Below are positions 19,887 to 29,168 of a stretch of DNA of 64,000 nt, piece by piece. The notes below the pieces were generated by a model. The model saw only the letters and a list, made by a program, of their open reading frames with translations. It was not told where the DNA came from and did not search any database. The stretch covers positions 96,001-160,000 of IMG/VR virus record IMGVR_UViG_3300024324_000009. The stretch is one strand, 5' to 3'. The position numbers and the translations under genes are program-made. The stretch is from a virus. Numbering within the stretch: position 1 is the stretch's first letter; every line of letters begins with the position of its first letter.

Positions 19887-20813
19887 TTATAGATATGTGT
19901 CAAAACCGTAATCTGGTAATTCTTGTGGTGGAAAGCCGTTAAAGGAACTGAAAGCATAAGCACCATTACCTCTAAGCATTCCTGCTGCAATGTCAGCATG
20001 TATCAGGAATGAACCGTCTGGTATCGGACCCCATTCAGGATGACCTCCGCTGTTAAATTTCCCCCAACTATTTTGTACAAGAAATGCTGGCTCGTTACCT
20101 GTGTCGTCACAAGCCGTCCATGCCATTGCGTGATTCCAGCCTCCACTTTTTCGGGCGAACCCCTTGCTATCTCTTTTGTTAGAAAATCCATAGCCACTAC
20201 ACACACTTAAACCATACCCATTGGCTAGTGCATCTCTTGCCTCTTCTACAGTTTTAACAAGTGAGACTGTTTTAATTTTGTGTTTTTCTGCTTCGTCAAT
20301 TACTTTATCTGGAAGGCCTCTGCTTCCCCATCTTGCTCCCATGCTTCCATTGTATTTACTAAAGTCAGCAACACCGGGATAGTTTTTACGAACAAGAACA
20401 CCACCGCTTTGACTGACAAATGTTGCAGCACGACTACAACTCATACCTTGTCCACCATGACCTCTGCATCCATATATTGCTTCCGTCGCTCCTCTAGCAA
20501 CCCAGCTTTCGGGTTCTCCTTCTACATGCATTTCAACTGCTCTGGTTACATCAACAGCATTCCTAGTAGAATGTGAGACACAATCTCCAGTGGTTTGCCT
20601 TTCGATATAGCAGTTCTTATCAAAACTTAGAGCAGAACGAAACGGAGTAGATAACTTCCCTTTCCCACTATTCTTAATTTTTTTTGCACCATCTTTAAAA
20701 TATGCATACTTAGAACTTTCTATGAGTTCTTCAAACACATGATTCTCCCAAAGTGTTCCGGGCATACCTTCACGATACAATCTATAAAGATCATCAGGGG
20801 TTAACCTTGGCAT
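19887..20813 (-). CDS. papain-like (C1-related) cysteine peptidase
   Basis: Q.TGDCVSH (Cys), WNHAM (His), VQNSWG (Asn). Confidence 0.85.
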   Translation of the reverse strand: MPRLTPDDLYRLYREGMPGTLWENHVFEELIESSKYAYFKDGAKKIKNSGKGKLSTPFRSALSFDKNCYIERQTTGDCVSHSTRNAVDVTRAVEMHVEGEPESWVARGATEAIYGCRGHGGQGMSCSRAATFVSQSGGVLVRKNYPGVADFSKYNGSMGARWGSRGLPDKVIDEAEKHKIKTVSLVKTVEEARDALANGYGLSVCSGYGFSNKRDSKGFARKSGGWNHAMAWTACDDTGNEPAFLVQNSWGKFNSGGHPEWGPIPDGSFLIHADIAAGMLRGNGAYAFSSFNGFPPQELPDYGFDTYL

Positions 20814-21316
20814 TACTTGCTCCCTTCATAAAAAGCCCATGACAATGCATTAAAGGCTTCGACACTTTTGGCTCTGAGGTCATCATCCAGTACTACTTCA
20901 TCTTTGCCTATGCTTGACGCAACAAGATCACCGGCAGCTTCTGCAAGACCATCGTACTTGCCTTCAATATCAAGTTTAAGCATTTTGCCTGCAAGGACAT
21001 TAGCCTCTCTGATACTAGCAGTATCTTTAATGACTCCTTCTTTACCGTCTAAGCTAATAAGAACTCCCATGTCTTTGTATAAAGAAGAAAGTTTGAGACA
21101 GTCTTCTCTTTTACCAGAAGCATTTGACTCACGCAACAAATCTACAATAACAGTACCTTTTTCAAGAAGCACTTCATCTTCTGGTGCGTCAACTGTTGGT
21201 ACAGTAACTACTATATCCGGTCTTCCTATGCTAGGAATTAGACTACCAAGATCAGGCTGAAAGAGTCCGAACAAAATTAATATGGCTCCTATTGCTAGTG
21301 CAACTTTTTCTTTCAT
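20813..21316 (-). CDS. membrane-anchored/exported hypothetical protein
   Basis: N-terminal hydrophobic helix ALAIGAILILFGLF. Confidence 0.7.
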   Translation of the reverse strand: MKEKVALAIGAILILFGLFQPDLGSLIPSIGRPDIVVTVPTVDAPEDEVLLEKGTVIVDLLRESNASGKREDCLKLSSLYKDMGVLISLDGKEGVIKDTASIREANVLAGKMLKLDIEGKYDGLAEAAGDLVASSIGKDEVVLDDDLRAKSVEAFNALSWAFYEGSK

Positions 21317-21325
21317 TGTATTCTC

Positions 21326-21739
21326 CTAGTGTAATGTACTGACTGAGGCTGTTGTTACTGGCGAAGGGGTTTCTTCGTCACATACTGTTGGGCTTAGGTA
21401 AGGAAACATTTGATCTGCAACCTCTACGGCTTTATCGCAACCGCTTTGAACTGCAAGGTCTCTTGTTTGTTTCCAAGACACAACTAGATCAAAGAAAATA
21501 TCTTCGTCATTTCCTGATACTTCTTTGCGACTAGGAACGGGTCTGACTACTACAGTCTTGTCCCCTACTTTGCCAAGTAGCTGTTTAACCTGATCTACAA
21601 ATTGTAAAACAAGTTTTTGTACTGGACTAAGTTTGTCTTTAAATAAAACCCAAAGGACAATACCTATTCCTGCGTATAAAGCCAAGTCTGTTGGCCCTAC
21701 GCTACTGCTAAACTCATTGAATGTCTGAGTGTAATCCAT
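21326..21739 (-). CDS. membrane protein, hypothetical
   Basis: TM segment LALYAGIGIVLWVLF. Confidence 0.7.
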   Translation of the reverse strand: MDYTQTFNEFSSSVGPTDLALYAGIGIVLWVLFKDKLSPVQKLVLQFVDQVKQLLGKVGDKTVVVRPVPSRKEVSGNDEDIFFDLVVSWKQTRDLAVQSGCDKAVEVADQMFPYLSPTVCDEETPSPVTTASVSTLH

Positions 21740-21754
21740 TTTTGACCGCCTCTC

Positions 21755-22189
21755 TTATTTAACGTATGATACTTCTAGTGTTTCGGGACTGTATGGGTTT
21801 GAGTCTACTTTATTTTTTAGGAAGACTCCGATTTCTCTGAATGTAGTTACAATGGCATCAATGCCAGCACTGGCAAGACCCATTACAAACTTTTTGACGT
21901 AAGAATGAAATAATGGTTCAAACACGTTAGGAATAAAAGGCAGATCGACAGCCTTGAAAACACTATCATAAAATCCTGATAGTAGATTCATAGCCAGTTC
22001 TTTCTTTTCTGTACTAGACAAGTCTGTTCCTATTTTTTCGATTAACATTACTAACTCACCGATAACAACCTGCATGACTTTCCATGCTTCTTTAATTGCT
22101 AATCTTTTTACTTCTCCGAGGCTTGCGAGTACGTCCTCTTTTACCTTGTCGAACTCTACGCCTATCTGATCTTTCGTTGCTTCGCTCAT
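21755..22189 (-). CDS. hypothetical helical protein
   Basis: 144-aa ORF; EKK..A....FYD....VDLP.IP motif. Confidence 0.7.
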   Translation of the reverse strand: MSEATKDQIGVEFDKVKEDVLASLGEVKRLAIKEAWKVMQVVIGELVMLIEKIGTDLSSTEKKELAMNLLSGFYDSVFKAVDLPFIPNVFEPLFHSYVKKFVMGLASAGIDAIVTTFREIGVFLKNKVDSNPYSPETLEVSYVK

Positions 22190-22478
22190 TGGTATCTTCC
22201 TTTATGGGTTGTTGTTCAGGTTCTGGTTCTGGTTCATTCAATGGTTCTGGAGGTGTAGGCTCCGCTACAGGCTCAGGTTTTCTAGTCTTTAAATATCTTG
22301 ATAAAATTCCAAATTGTCCGGCTATAAGTATAATAGATTCAACTGCGTGGGTGACAACACTGGTTAGTTCGTCTTTCTGATCAATGTCTCCTATAATCCC
22401 TGCTAGGAAAAGTCCGCTAAAAATGAAACTGACTAATGTGAACCAAAATTCACTTGTTTTATATCCGGGTTTTTGCAT
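22092..22478 (-). CDS. putative holin-like membrane protein
   Basis: KPGYKTSEFW start, two hydrophobic segments, Pro/Glu linker, very basic tail. Confidence 0.55.
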   Translation of the reverse strand: MQKPGYKTSEFWFTLVSFIFSGLFLAGIIGDIDQKDELTSVVTHAVESIILIAGQFGILSRYLKTRKPEPVAEPTPPEPLNEPEPEPEQQPIKEDTNERSNERSDRRRVRQGKRGRTRKPRRSKKISN

Positions 22479-22497
22479 AATGTCACCTACTTATATT

Positions 22498-22503
22498 TAC
22501 ACC
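22498..22503 (-). promoter_or_regulatory. GGTGTA promoter element
   Basis: TTTTAGGTGTAAATATAA in the intergenic gap. Confidence 0.55.
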
Positions 22504-22546
22504 TAAAAGTCAGAAGAAAATCTAAAATCTTGATAAAATGGCTATT

Positions 22547-23362
22547 TTAGTATGTTTCTAGCCTTTTGTGGTTTGTGGGGCTGGCTACTTGATACAAAGT
22601 GCTGTTTTTATTGTACATTACCTGTCTAGCAACACTACTGTTCCAACTGGTACTGATATCCCAGTTTGTGTCTTTATAAAGTGTTGGTCTCACATTCCAT
22701 ATATATGAAGTCAAAGTTTGAGAACCTGATCCATGATTAGCATACATTTGAAAAGCAAATCCTCCCCAGTATAAATCATTGTTTTTTACATAATTAGCGT
22801 CTGATGCTTTTATCTGATAGCATGTCCAGTAGTTTGTGCTTTGACTGCTTCCAGCGGTTCCTATAGTAAGACCAAAAACCTTTTGATTGGCTTCTATCCT
22901 GTAAGTTCTTCCACTAGCATTTGCATAAAGCAAAATACACCTCTGAGGATAAGATGATTTGCTTGCACTGTGAGCACCACTAGAAGAATAATTCCAGCAT
23001 AAACCATTAACATTAGAAGGCCAACAACCGTCAGACGATGTACCAGTACTTGTACTACTTAGCATATTAAAACTATATGTGCAAGCAACAATGTATGTAC
23101 TGCTATATTTTCCTGACCTGCCAGAATACAGCCCATTGCCTCTGCTGTTGGCGTAAGGATTTCCACTGAAGCCGATATCATCACCTGCTCTACCATCAGT
23201 AGTAATGTTATTGCCATTTCTTATGCTGTAACTGGCGTTTTTAGGAGCACTATGAAGTGTAGTGTCACTGTATGCGATATTATCATGACCTAAGTTAGCC
23301 AAATCAGTTGTTTGTGAACTGCCAGCATAGTTAGGTGGGATAGTTATTAATTTCTTTGCCAT
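22547..23362 (-). CDS. putative virion/receptor-binding protein
   Basis: S/G/N/Y-rich; coupled to the tail fibre gene. Confidence 0.55.
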   Translation of the reverse strand: MAKKLITIPPNYAGSSQTTDLANLGHDNIAYSDTTLHSAPKNASYSIRNGNNITTDGRAGDDIGFSGNPYANSRGNGLYSGRSGKYSSTYIVACTYSFNMLSSTSTGTSSDGCWPSNVNGLCWNYSSSGAHSASKSSYPQRCILLYANASGRTYRIEANQKVFGLTIGTAGSSQSTNYWTCYQIKASDANYVKNNDLYWGGFAFQMYANHGSGSQTLTSYIWNVRPTLYKDTNWDISTSWNSSVARQVMYNKNSTLYQVASPTNHKRLETY

Positions 23363-25014
23363 TATGGAACCCAGTATAAGGTGCTGCCACTTTTGTAAAA
23401 ACTGCCAGAAGTACTACTTGTACTACTTTTAACTACTTGATCACCCGGACTGAAACTTGAACCAGCCGATGGAGTTTTCCATGCAGGTGCTCCCGTTGTT
23501 CCATTGCTTGTTAAAACTTGTCCAGAGGAGCCGCTCGATCCACTAATTTGAAGGCGACCCGTCATATTCATTGATACGCTATTCGTAAATTTTGTTGTAC
23601 TACTAAATGTCTTTTCGCCAGCAACAGTCTCGTCCCCGGTAAGGCCAACGTAATTAGTTGAGGCATTTGCATTTATAAGAGATATCACAGAAACTTTGGT
23701 TTGTATAGATGAACTATCGTCTGTTCTACCTAAGTATTGGATAAAACTATTATTGTTTGAACCACCGTTGTAATGATAGTCTTTAAAAATAATCTGATTT
23801 TCACCATCCGCAGTCTTACCCCTAAGTATAAATGAGTTAAAGTTGTTTGAACGCTGGGTACGGTCCACTGTAGTATTAAAATAACCTGCGTCTTTAATAT
23901 TATATCCACGACAATCTATCTCAGGAATTACATCAACACCATTATAATCTGTACCTTGATACAGTTTAAACTGAGAGTTCATCTGAACAACGGTATTACC
24001 CCATTTCATCCTAACGCCATTGGAGGTATCATTTGTGCCGTATGCTAGTGTTCCATTTGCACCGAACTCAGCAGTAATTCTACGATCACCGTTTATAATA
24101 ATATGATCTTGAAATGTATTCTTTGCAGTAAATGTATTAGCACTACCCCTTAAAGCACAGAGATCAAACAGTTGATCTACATACGCTATATCTGCTTTAT
24201 CACTAACGTCTACATCAGGAAAAACAAGACAGTCATATACGTCTCCGTCGTCTACTGTACCATTGCTTATAGCACTTTGCATAGTTACATCTAACTTCAC
24301 CCCACTGGCTAATTGATTGACTGTTTCTATCTGAAATCTGACAGAAACATCCTCATCGTTTTCTTCTCTAAAATTAAATGTGTCACCAGAGGCAAGAGAA
24401 ACAAAGTTGTGTAATAGTCCGTTTTTATCTACAAAACTAAGAAAGATTTCGTTGATTGTTACAGGGTTGTTTGTAACAGTACCATTAAAACCTACATAAC
24501 ATGCAGAAGGTGCAGGTGCATCACCATATACTTCACTGCCTTGAGGCGATCTAATAATATATTCAATATCAAAAGTTGATCTAGCCTCTAAGCCTGATAC
24601 TTTAATATCTAGTATCTCAATGTCTTCTTCAACCTCATCCATTCTGTCGTCTAGGTCGGCAATACCTGTCGCATTAGCATCTACACGACCATCTAGAGTA
24701 GTAAGGTCTGACTGTAGTGCAAGTCCTGTGGCAGATATTTCATAGACTCTTTCGCCAGAGAAATAAGTCATCTCTATACCAAAGCCCGGATCGAGAAACT
24801 CATCAAGTTTAGCAATTAAAGAATCGTCTGGATAAATAGCATTTGCATAGGGTAGTGCGTCCCAAACTAAAGCACCATCGCCTATTTTAAAAGTGTTATA
24901 AGTAGTATCTAAACCGAGTTCACCGGAATACAAAACGGGATTCTCTAAAGACCAGTTGGCTTCTGTGTCTCTACGTAGTTGCATTTTATAATATTTTGTT
25001 GAGTCGAGGCCCAT
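23362..25014 (-). CDS. tail fibre protein with Mtd/hyaluronidase-type N-terminal domain
   Basis: QLRRDT.ANW..NPVL..GE.G.DT....FKIGDG..W..LPY; coiled coil; GDETVAGEKTF and GQVLTSNG fibre motifs. Confidence 0.85.
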   Translation of the reverse strand: MGLDSTKYYKMQLRRDTEANWSLENPVLYSGELGLDTTYNTFKIGDGALVWDALPYANAIYPDDSLIAKLDEFLDPGFGIEMTYFSGERVYEISATGLALQSDLTTLDGRVDANATGIADLDDRMDEVEEDIEILDIKVSGLEARSTFDIEYIIRSPQGSEVYGDAPAPSACYVGFNGTVTNNPVTINEIFLSFVDKNGLLHNFVSLASGDTFNFREENDEDVSVRFQIETVNQLASGVKLDVTMQSAISNGTVDDGDVYDCLVFPDVDVSDKADIAYVDQLFDLCALRGSANTFTAKNTFQDHIIINGDRRITAEFGANGTLAYGTNDTSNGVRMKWGNTVVQMNSQFKLYQGTDYNGVDVIPEIDCRGYNIKDAGYFNTTVDRTQRSNNFNSFILRGKTADGENQIIFKDYHYNGGSNNNSFIQYLGRTDDSSSIQTKVSVISLINANASTNYVGLTGDETVAGEKTFSSTTKFTNSVSMNMTGRLQISGSSGSSGQVLTSNGTTGAPAWKTPSAGSSFSPGDQVVKSSTSSTSGSFYKSGSTLYWVP

Positions 25015-25037
25015 TGTTATTCTCCAAGAAGTTTAGA

Positions 25038-25382
25038 TTAAGGAATTGGTGTGCCGGGAATAGTGTCCGAAAACCCTCCATCAACTAAGTAACCTTCTGA
25101 AGAACCACCACCGCCACCACCATTACATGGTTCGCAGTTGTCAAAACGATTGCCTAATGTTTCATCAAATACTCCGCTGCCACCAGTAGGTGAAATAACT
25201 TCTGCATTAGGATTGTCTAAAGTGCTACCATAAGGATTACAGCAACAGTCGGCTAAATCTAATTCAGGATGGTAGTTACAACCTCCACAATAATAACTTG
25301 TATAGCCTGTAACTTTTGTACTCATGGCTCCACAACCATTGAGTACTGGATTCCCTGATATTGCTGGGTGGATGACTGCCAT
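25038..25382 (-). CDS. small Cys/Gly-rich protein, probably structural
   Basis: 8 Cys including CCC; poly-Gly; GAGG RBS. Confidence 0.6.
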   Translation of the reverse strand: MAVIHPAISGNPVLNGCGAMSTKVTGYTSYYCGGCNYHPELDLADCCCNPYGSTLDNPNAEVISPTGGSGVFDETLGNRFDNCEPCNGGGGGGSSEGYLVDGGFSDTIPGTPIP

Positions 25383-25395
25383 TTTAAAACCTCAT

Positions 25396-25719
25396 TTATT
25401 GTTTGGGTAAGTGATCGATTCTCTCTTCTAGATTAGTTAAAGTATTGCCAAGAGTTGCAATTTGAATTTTTAATTCGTTCATTACTTCTGCATTTCTCCA
25501 AAGTGCTTTAGAGAACTGCTCTTGCATATCTTTATTCTCTTCTAGTCTTTGCATTATTAATGATCTATCTCTAGTATACTGACTTTGATTTTCTATAATA
25601 TTAGCTACTTCTTGTTTAGTAACCATATGACGAATGAAAGTTGCCCAGAAACCAAGAAGAGTGATAATTATGCCCACTGAAGTTGATGCTACATGAGCCC
25701 AAAAATTTGTCGCTTCCAT
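25396..25719 (-). CDS. membrane protein with coiled coil
   Basis: TM VGIIITLLGFWATFI then heptad pattern; GAGG RBS before MEATNF. Confidence 0.65.
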   Translation of the reverse strand: MEATNFWAHVASTSVGIIITLLGFWATFIRHMVTKQEVANIIENQSQYTRDRSLIMQRLEENKDMQEQFSKALWRNAEVMNELKIQIATLGNTLTNLEERIDHLPKQ

Positions 25720-25756
25720 ATTGTTTACCTCGTTTGCAAAAAAAAGAAAACTAGTC

Positions 25757-25789
25757 AAAAAAAAGCCAGTGAAGCGAACTTCACCGGCT
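25757..25789 (-). terminator. intrinsic terminator
   Basis: AGCCGGTGAAG-TTCG-CTTCACTGGCT followed by a T run. Confidence 0.9.
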
Positions 25790-25827
25790 CCTATATTAAA
25801 TACACAATTTAGAATGAAAAGTGCAGA

Positions 25828-26430
25828 TTACCATACGGTTTTTGCATCATAGCATTCTGAAACTGGTAGTTTACCACCGGGGCCAAGATAGACCAACTTA
25901 CCGGGACAGGCCTGCGTAGGCTGGGCTGCAACGTCCGTTGAAGTGGCACTAGAGCCATCAACTGGCGACCAGAATGGATCGTCAGAGACAGTGACCGCTG
26001 GATCAAACTCGCCTAGATAGGCATTCCACTGACCAGCACGAATTGCTGTTGCAATTTGATAAGTGTAAGTTTTCTCACGCTTTGCTGGGTTACGAATCCA
26101 TGATGGATCGTCATTGATGTGTGTCAAGAAATCATTGGCTACACCACCGATTGTGTCACTGACGCGAGCAGCAACCATCTTGTAGACACGACCTTCTGAT
26201 TTGCCTTGACCCATATTGTAAGCAAATTCACCTGCTGAAACTGCCTTATCAGCATTCTCACCTTCTACAACAGTCGAAGCAAAAACTCCGTTTTGTAGAG
26301 GACGCAAAGCTGAATTGACATTATCCAGAAGATAAACTTTTTCATTCAAAGGATTACCAAGATCAACAGCAGAACCGTGATTGTTCTGTACTGCTTCGCT
26401 TGATACTGCCTTTTCTGTAGTAACTATCAT
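25828..26430 (-). CDS. hypothetical, probably abundant virion protein
   Basis: bounded by its own GGTGTA element and a strong terminator; GGAG RBS. Confidence 0.6.
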   Translation of the reverse strand: MIVTTEKAVSSEAVQNNHGSAVDLGNPLNEKVYLLDNVNSALRPLQNGVFASTVVEGENADKAVSAGEFAYNMGQGKSEGRVYKMVAARVSDTIGGVANDFLTHINDDPSWIRNPAKREKTYTYQIATAIRAGQWNAYLGEFDPAVTVSDDPFWSPVDGSSATSTDVAAQPTQACPGKLVYLGPGGKLPVSECYDAKTVW

Positions 26431-26474
26431 AATTTTCTCCATGAAGTTAGGGAACTGTATATACAATCATTGTA

Positions 26475-26480
26475 TACACC
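26475..26480 (-). promoter_or_regulatory. GGTGTA promoter element
   Basis: AGGTGTATACAAT in the intergenic gap. Confidence 0.55.
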
Positions 26481-26513
26481 TACAAAGGAGAAAATAAGCA
26501 AATTAAAATACGG

Positions 26514-27188
26514 CTATTTTGAGGATGAGGTGGATAGAAAATTAACTATTTTTTCAAGAGAGTGCGGATTTGTACACTTATAACCTTTAATCTTATCTTT
26601 ATTATTGAAAAGTATCTCTAGCTGCCTGTCTGTCCATGCTGGGCCACCAGCCATAATATCAATATTAGCCACTTTTTGATTGGTCAATATACAAGCAAGC
26701 ATGTGATCTGCTATACAGTCTAGAAGATGGGACGTTGACACATAAATAGTTTCTATATTAAATCCAGCTAGTATTTGAGCACACTTGTACATAAGTTCTG
26801 CACTCATAATTCTGTACTCTAATATATAGCGACACTCTACCGCATTTTGATTACATATATTTCTACAGGCGTTTATATCCTGTCTAAACTTATCGTATTT
26901 CCTGTTGCCACACATAGTTAAAGGTGCTACAACTTCTATGATATCGCAACCGTTATTAATACATGTTTCTACTTCGTTGACACGAGAATCAGTGCTAGAC
27001 AAACCGAAAGGATAATCTATTACTGTACTAAGTTTAGTACTATCAGGTATTAGATTTTTTACTCCCTTGATGTAATAAGGAAGCACTGATATTACATCTG
27101 GCTTTAAATGTTTTATATTTGCTATGTCTGCTTTAATTTCAGAGTCATTAGACCCTAAATCATAATTAGCGTATTCTATTTCACACAT
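26514..27188 (-). CDS. DeoC (deoxyribose-phosphate aldolase)-like protein, catalytic lysines absent
   Basis: STVIDYPFG, GCDIIEVV, RYILE, IYVSTS, IMAGG align to DeoC motifs. Confidence 0.75.
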   Translation of the reverse strand: MCEIEYANYDLGSNDSEIKADIANIKHLKPDVISVLPYYIKGVKNLIPDSTKLSTVIDYPFGLSSTDSRVNEVETCINNGCDIIEVVAPLTMCGNRKYDKFRQDINACRNICNQNAVECRYILEYRIMSAELMYKCAQILAGFNIETIYVSTSHLLDCIADHMLACILTNQKVANIDIMAGGPAWTDRQLEILFNNKDKIKGYKCTNPHSLEKIVNFLSTSSSK

Positions 27189-27192
27189 TTTA

Positions 27193-27876
27193 TTATCTCT
27201 TTTTTTTAGATTTACTAAGAGCAGATTTTATTGTGTCTATGTTAGGAAACTGTCTACTACCAAGTACACCATCTGCGAATCCATAGTCAACACTTTCTTC
27301 TGGGTCTAAAATCCAATCGCTCTTGCTATCTAATTGAGAAACAATGTGCCTTTTGACCATCATTTTTTTCCATTTTTTTGATTCTGCTAAAGGACTTCCC
27401 ATACATTTGTCCGTAAATATATTTATCATTTTTTGTGATTCTCTTTGCGACCAAGCAAATGTAGCTATTGCCGCTTTATGTTCTGCTTCCAAAGCCAAAG
27501 AGCCGTAATGTATTAGCATGTTAGCATTAGGCATCATAACTCTAAGAGGTGCAGATTGAAATAGTATTCCGCTAGCAGATTCCACTTTAGCATAGGCGAG
27601 AATAGCTATTGGTGCTTTACTGTATGTTACTGTATCATATATAGCCATACAGTCTTGCCAATCGCCGCCGGGAATATGCATATGCACTAAAATAGGTTCT
27701 AGAGACAAGTGATTAAGATGACGGACATTTTTTTCAAATGCTATAGCAGACCTGTACTCCACGCCACTTTCTTCATCGTAGTCTGTTGGTGAATGCAAAA
27801 ATATTTCTCTGTTCTTTATGTCTATACCGTGGTTGTGTAAAGTGCTTACATCATGGTCGCTATTATTTCCCACCAT
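27193..27876 (-). CDS. clpP: ClpP-like serine protease
   Basis: PGGD, IYD, ESASG (Ser), MLIH (His), SDWIL..EE..YGFAD (Asp). Confidence 0.85.
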   Translation of the reverse strand: MVGNNSDHDVSTLHNHGIDIKNREIFLHSPTDYDEESGVEYRSAIAFEKNVRHLNHLSLEPILVHMHIPGGDWQDCMAIYDTVTYSKAPIAILAYAKVESASGILFQSAPLRVMMPNANMLIHYGSLALEAEHKAAIATFAWSQRESQKMINIFTDKCMGSPLAESKKWKKMMVKRHIVSQLDSKSDWILDPEESVDYGFADGVLGSRQFPNIDTIKSALSKSKKKR

Positions 27877-28387
27877 TATTAGAGTCTACCTCTTTGCTTT
27901 CTAAGTATGCTAAAATTCTATTGTTAATATCTGCCATGACATCTCGTTCTGTAAACAACTTACCTATCCCTACCCTGAAACGATAGCGTGTAAACACATC
28001 CAAGCATTCTGTGCCAGCACAATATTCTATTATGCTTGCTATTGGTTCAGTAATGTTGAAGTTTGTATGACCTATCCAGAAATTAAAAATTTTACCTGAA
28101 GCAGTTTGTTCTGCATAGGGGATAATTCCCATAGGAGTGTTAATTGCTTTTATTGGAGCAGGAGAGAAAGTATCTTTAGGCATGTCTGGTTCTTCAACTT
28201 CTTCTTCATCGTCATCATTTTCAGCGGCCTCTTCTAAATGCTTACGAAAATGTTCAAAAGACTCAATTCCCATTTCTTCTAAAAATTGTTCTTCAGCATA
28301 CTGTTGATTGTCCATGATCTCTTCTTTAAGATCGTCATCTCCAAAAGGATCACGCCACTTCTCCCATACTAGTTTGTGTTTATTCAT
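27863..28387 (-). CDS. hypothetical acidic protein
   Basis: WEKW.DP, FW.GHTNF.IT, G.E.L..FTRYRFR.G.GK. Confidence 0.7.
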   Translation of the reverse strand: MNKHKLVWEKWRDPFGDDDLKEEIMDNQQYAEEQFLEEMGIESFEHFRKHLEEAAENDDDEEEVEEPDMPKDTFSPAPIKAINTPMGIIPYAEQTASGKIFNFWIGHTNFNITEPIASIIEYCAGTECLDVFTRYRFRVGIGKLFTERDVMADINNRILAYLESKEVDSNNGGK

Positions 28388-28420
28388 AAGGGGTCTCTGG
28401 GTTATGTATGTGTACCTATT

Positions 28421-28448
28421 ATTATAGACGCAAGGTTCGTGAGGTCAA
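28421..28448 (-). promoter_or_regulatory. sigma70-type promoter TTGACC-N16-TATAAT
   Basis: read directly. Confidence 0.7.
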
Positions 28449-28450
28449 CC

Positions 28451-28843
28451 CTATTTGAAGGCTTCTCTGGGTTTTATAATAGGGGTATTTTGGCCTTTTA
28501 ATTGATCTTGCATCATATTGTCCATATTTGCCCAAGCTCCTACAGTAGTATCCACAAACACCTTATCTGTAGTATTAAAACATTCATAGCTAATTAACGT
28601 ATCTACCATATCTTTACTTAAAGCCCCGTTCGTTAATGTAAATAAAGCCTGAGCCAAACTAGTAGCAATTAATTTGGCTGACGCTTGATTATCCGGGGTC
28701 CAATCAGGCCAATCATATATTAGGTCTGTGGTATTGTCTACGTTTACATTAATTGTAAAACTAGCCATTTTTTTGGCAGACATAAGATCATCTTCACTCA
28801 GAACTTTTTTCCTACTAAATAAAGACTTCAACTTTTCTAACAT
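28451..28843 (-). CDS. hypothetical protein
   Basis: 130-aa ORF with GGGAG RBS. Confidence 0.65.
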   Translation of the reverse strand: MLEKLKSLFSRKKVLSEDDLMSAKKMASFTINVNVDNTTDLIYDWPDWTPDNQASAKLIATSLAQALFTLTNGALSKDMVDTLISYECFNTTDKVFVDTTVGAWANMDNMMQDQLKGQNTPIIKPREAFK

Positions 28844-29168
28844 ATTCTGACTCCCTTGCTATTGACTTTGGTATTAAGTAATATTTTTCTGGTGGATTAA
28901 AATCAGGAGATAATTTAATATAGAATATTATTTCTATACAGACTCCTGTTTTATTTAACCCACAGAACGATGAATGAAGTTGATTGGAATCCATATCCAA
29001 CTTGCCCGATACGTACTGAGCCAGAGCAAATTTTAAGTTTACGTCTGACTCTTGTAGCGTATAAGTAATAGGAGAAAGGAAGTTAGAAGTACCATCTGAC
29101 AGAAAGTATTGTTGTACTTCATCAGTATTTAAAGTACTTATAACTGCTTTTAGTTCAACCTTAAACAT
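28815..29168 (-). CDS. hypothetical protein
   Basis: 117-aa ORF coupled to the sigma gene. Confidence 0.6.
   Translation of the reverse strand: MFKVELKAVISTLNTDEVQQYFLSDGTSNFLSPITYTLQESDVNLKFALAQYVSGKLDMDSNQLHSSFCGLNKTGVCIEIIFYIKLSPDFNPPEKYYLIPKSIARESEYVRKVEVFI

Noticed and set aside
22547-25014. Diversity-generating retroelement suggested by the Mtd-type N-terminal domain
   Set aside because: No reverse transcriptase and no template/variable repeat pair seen in the window; this domain is a common fibre anchor
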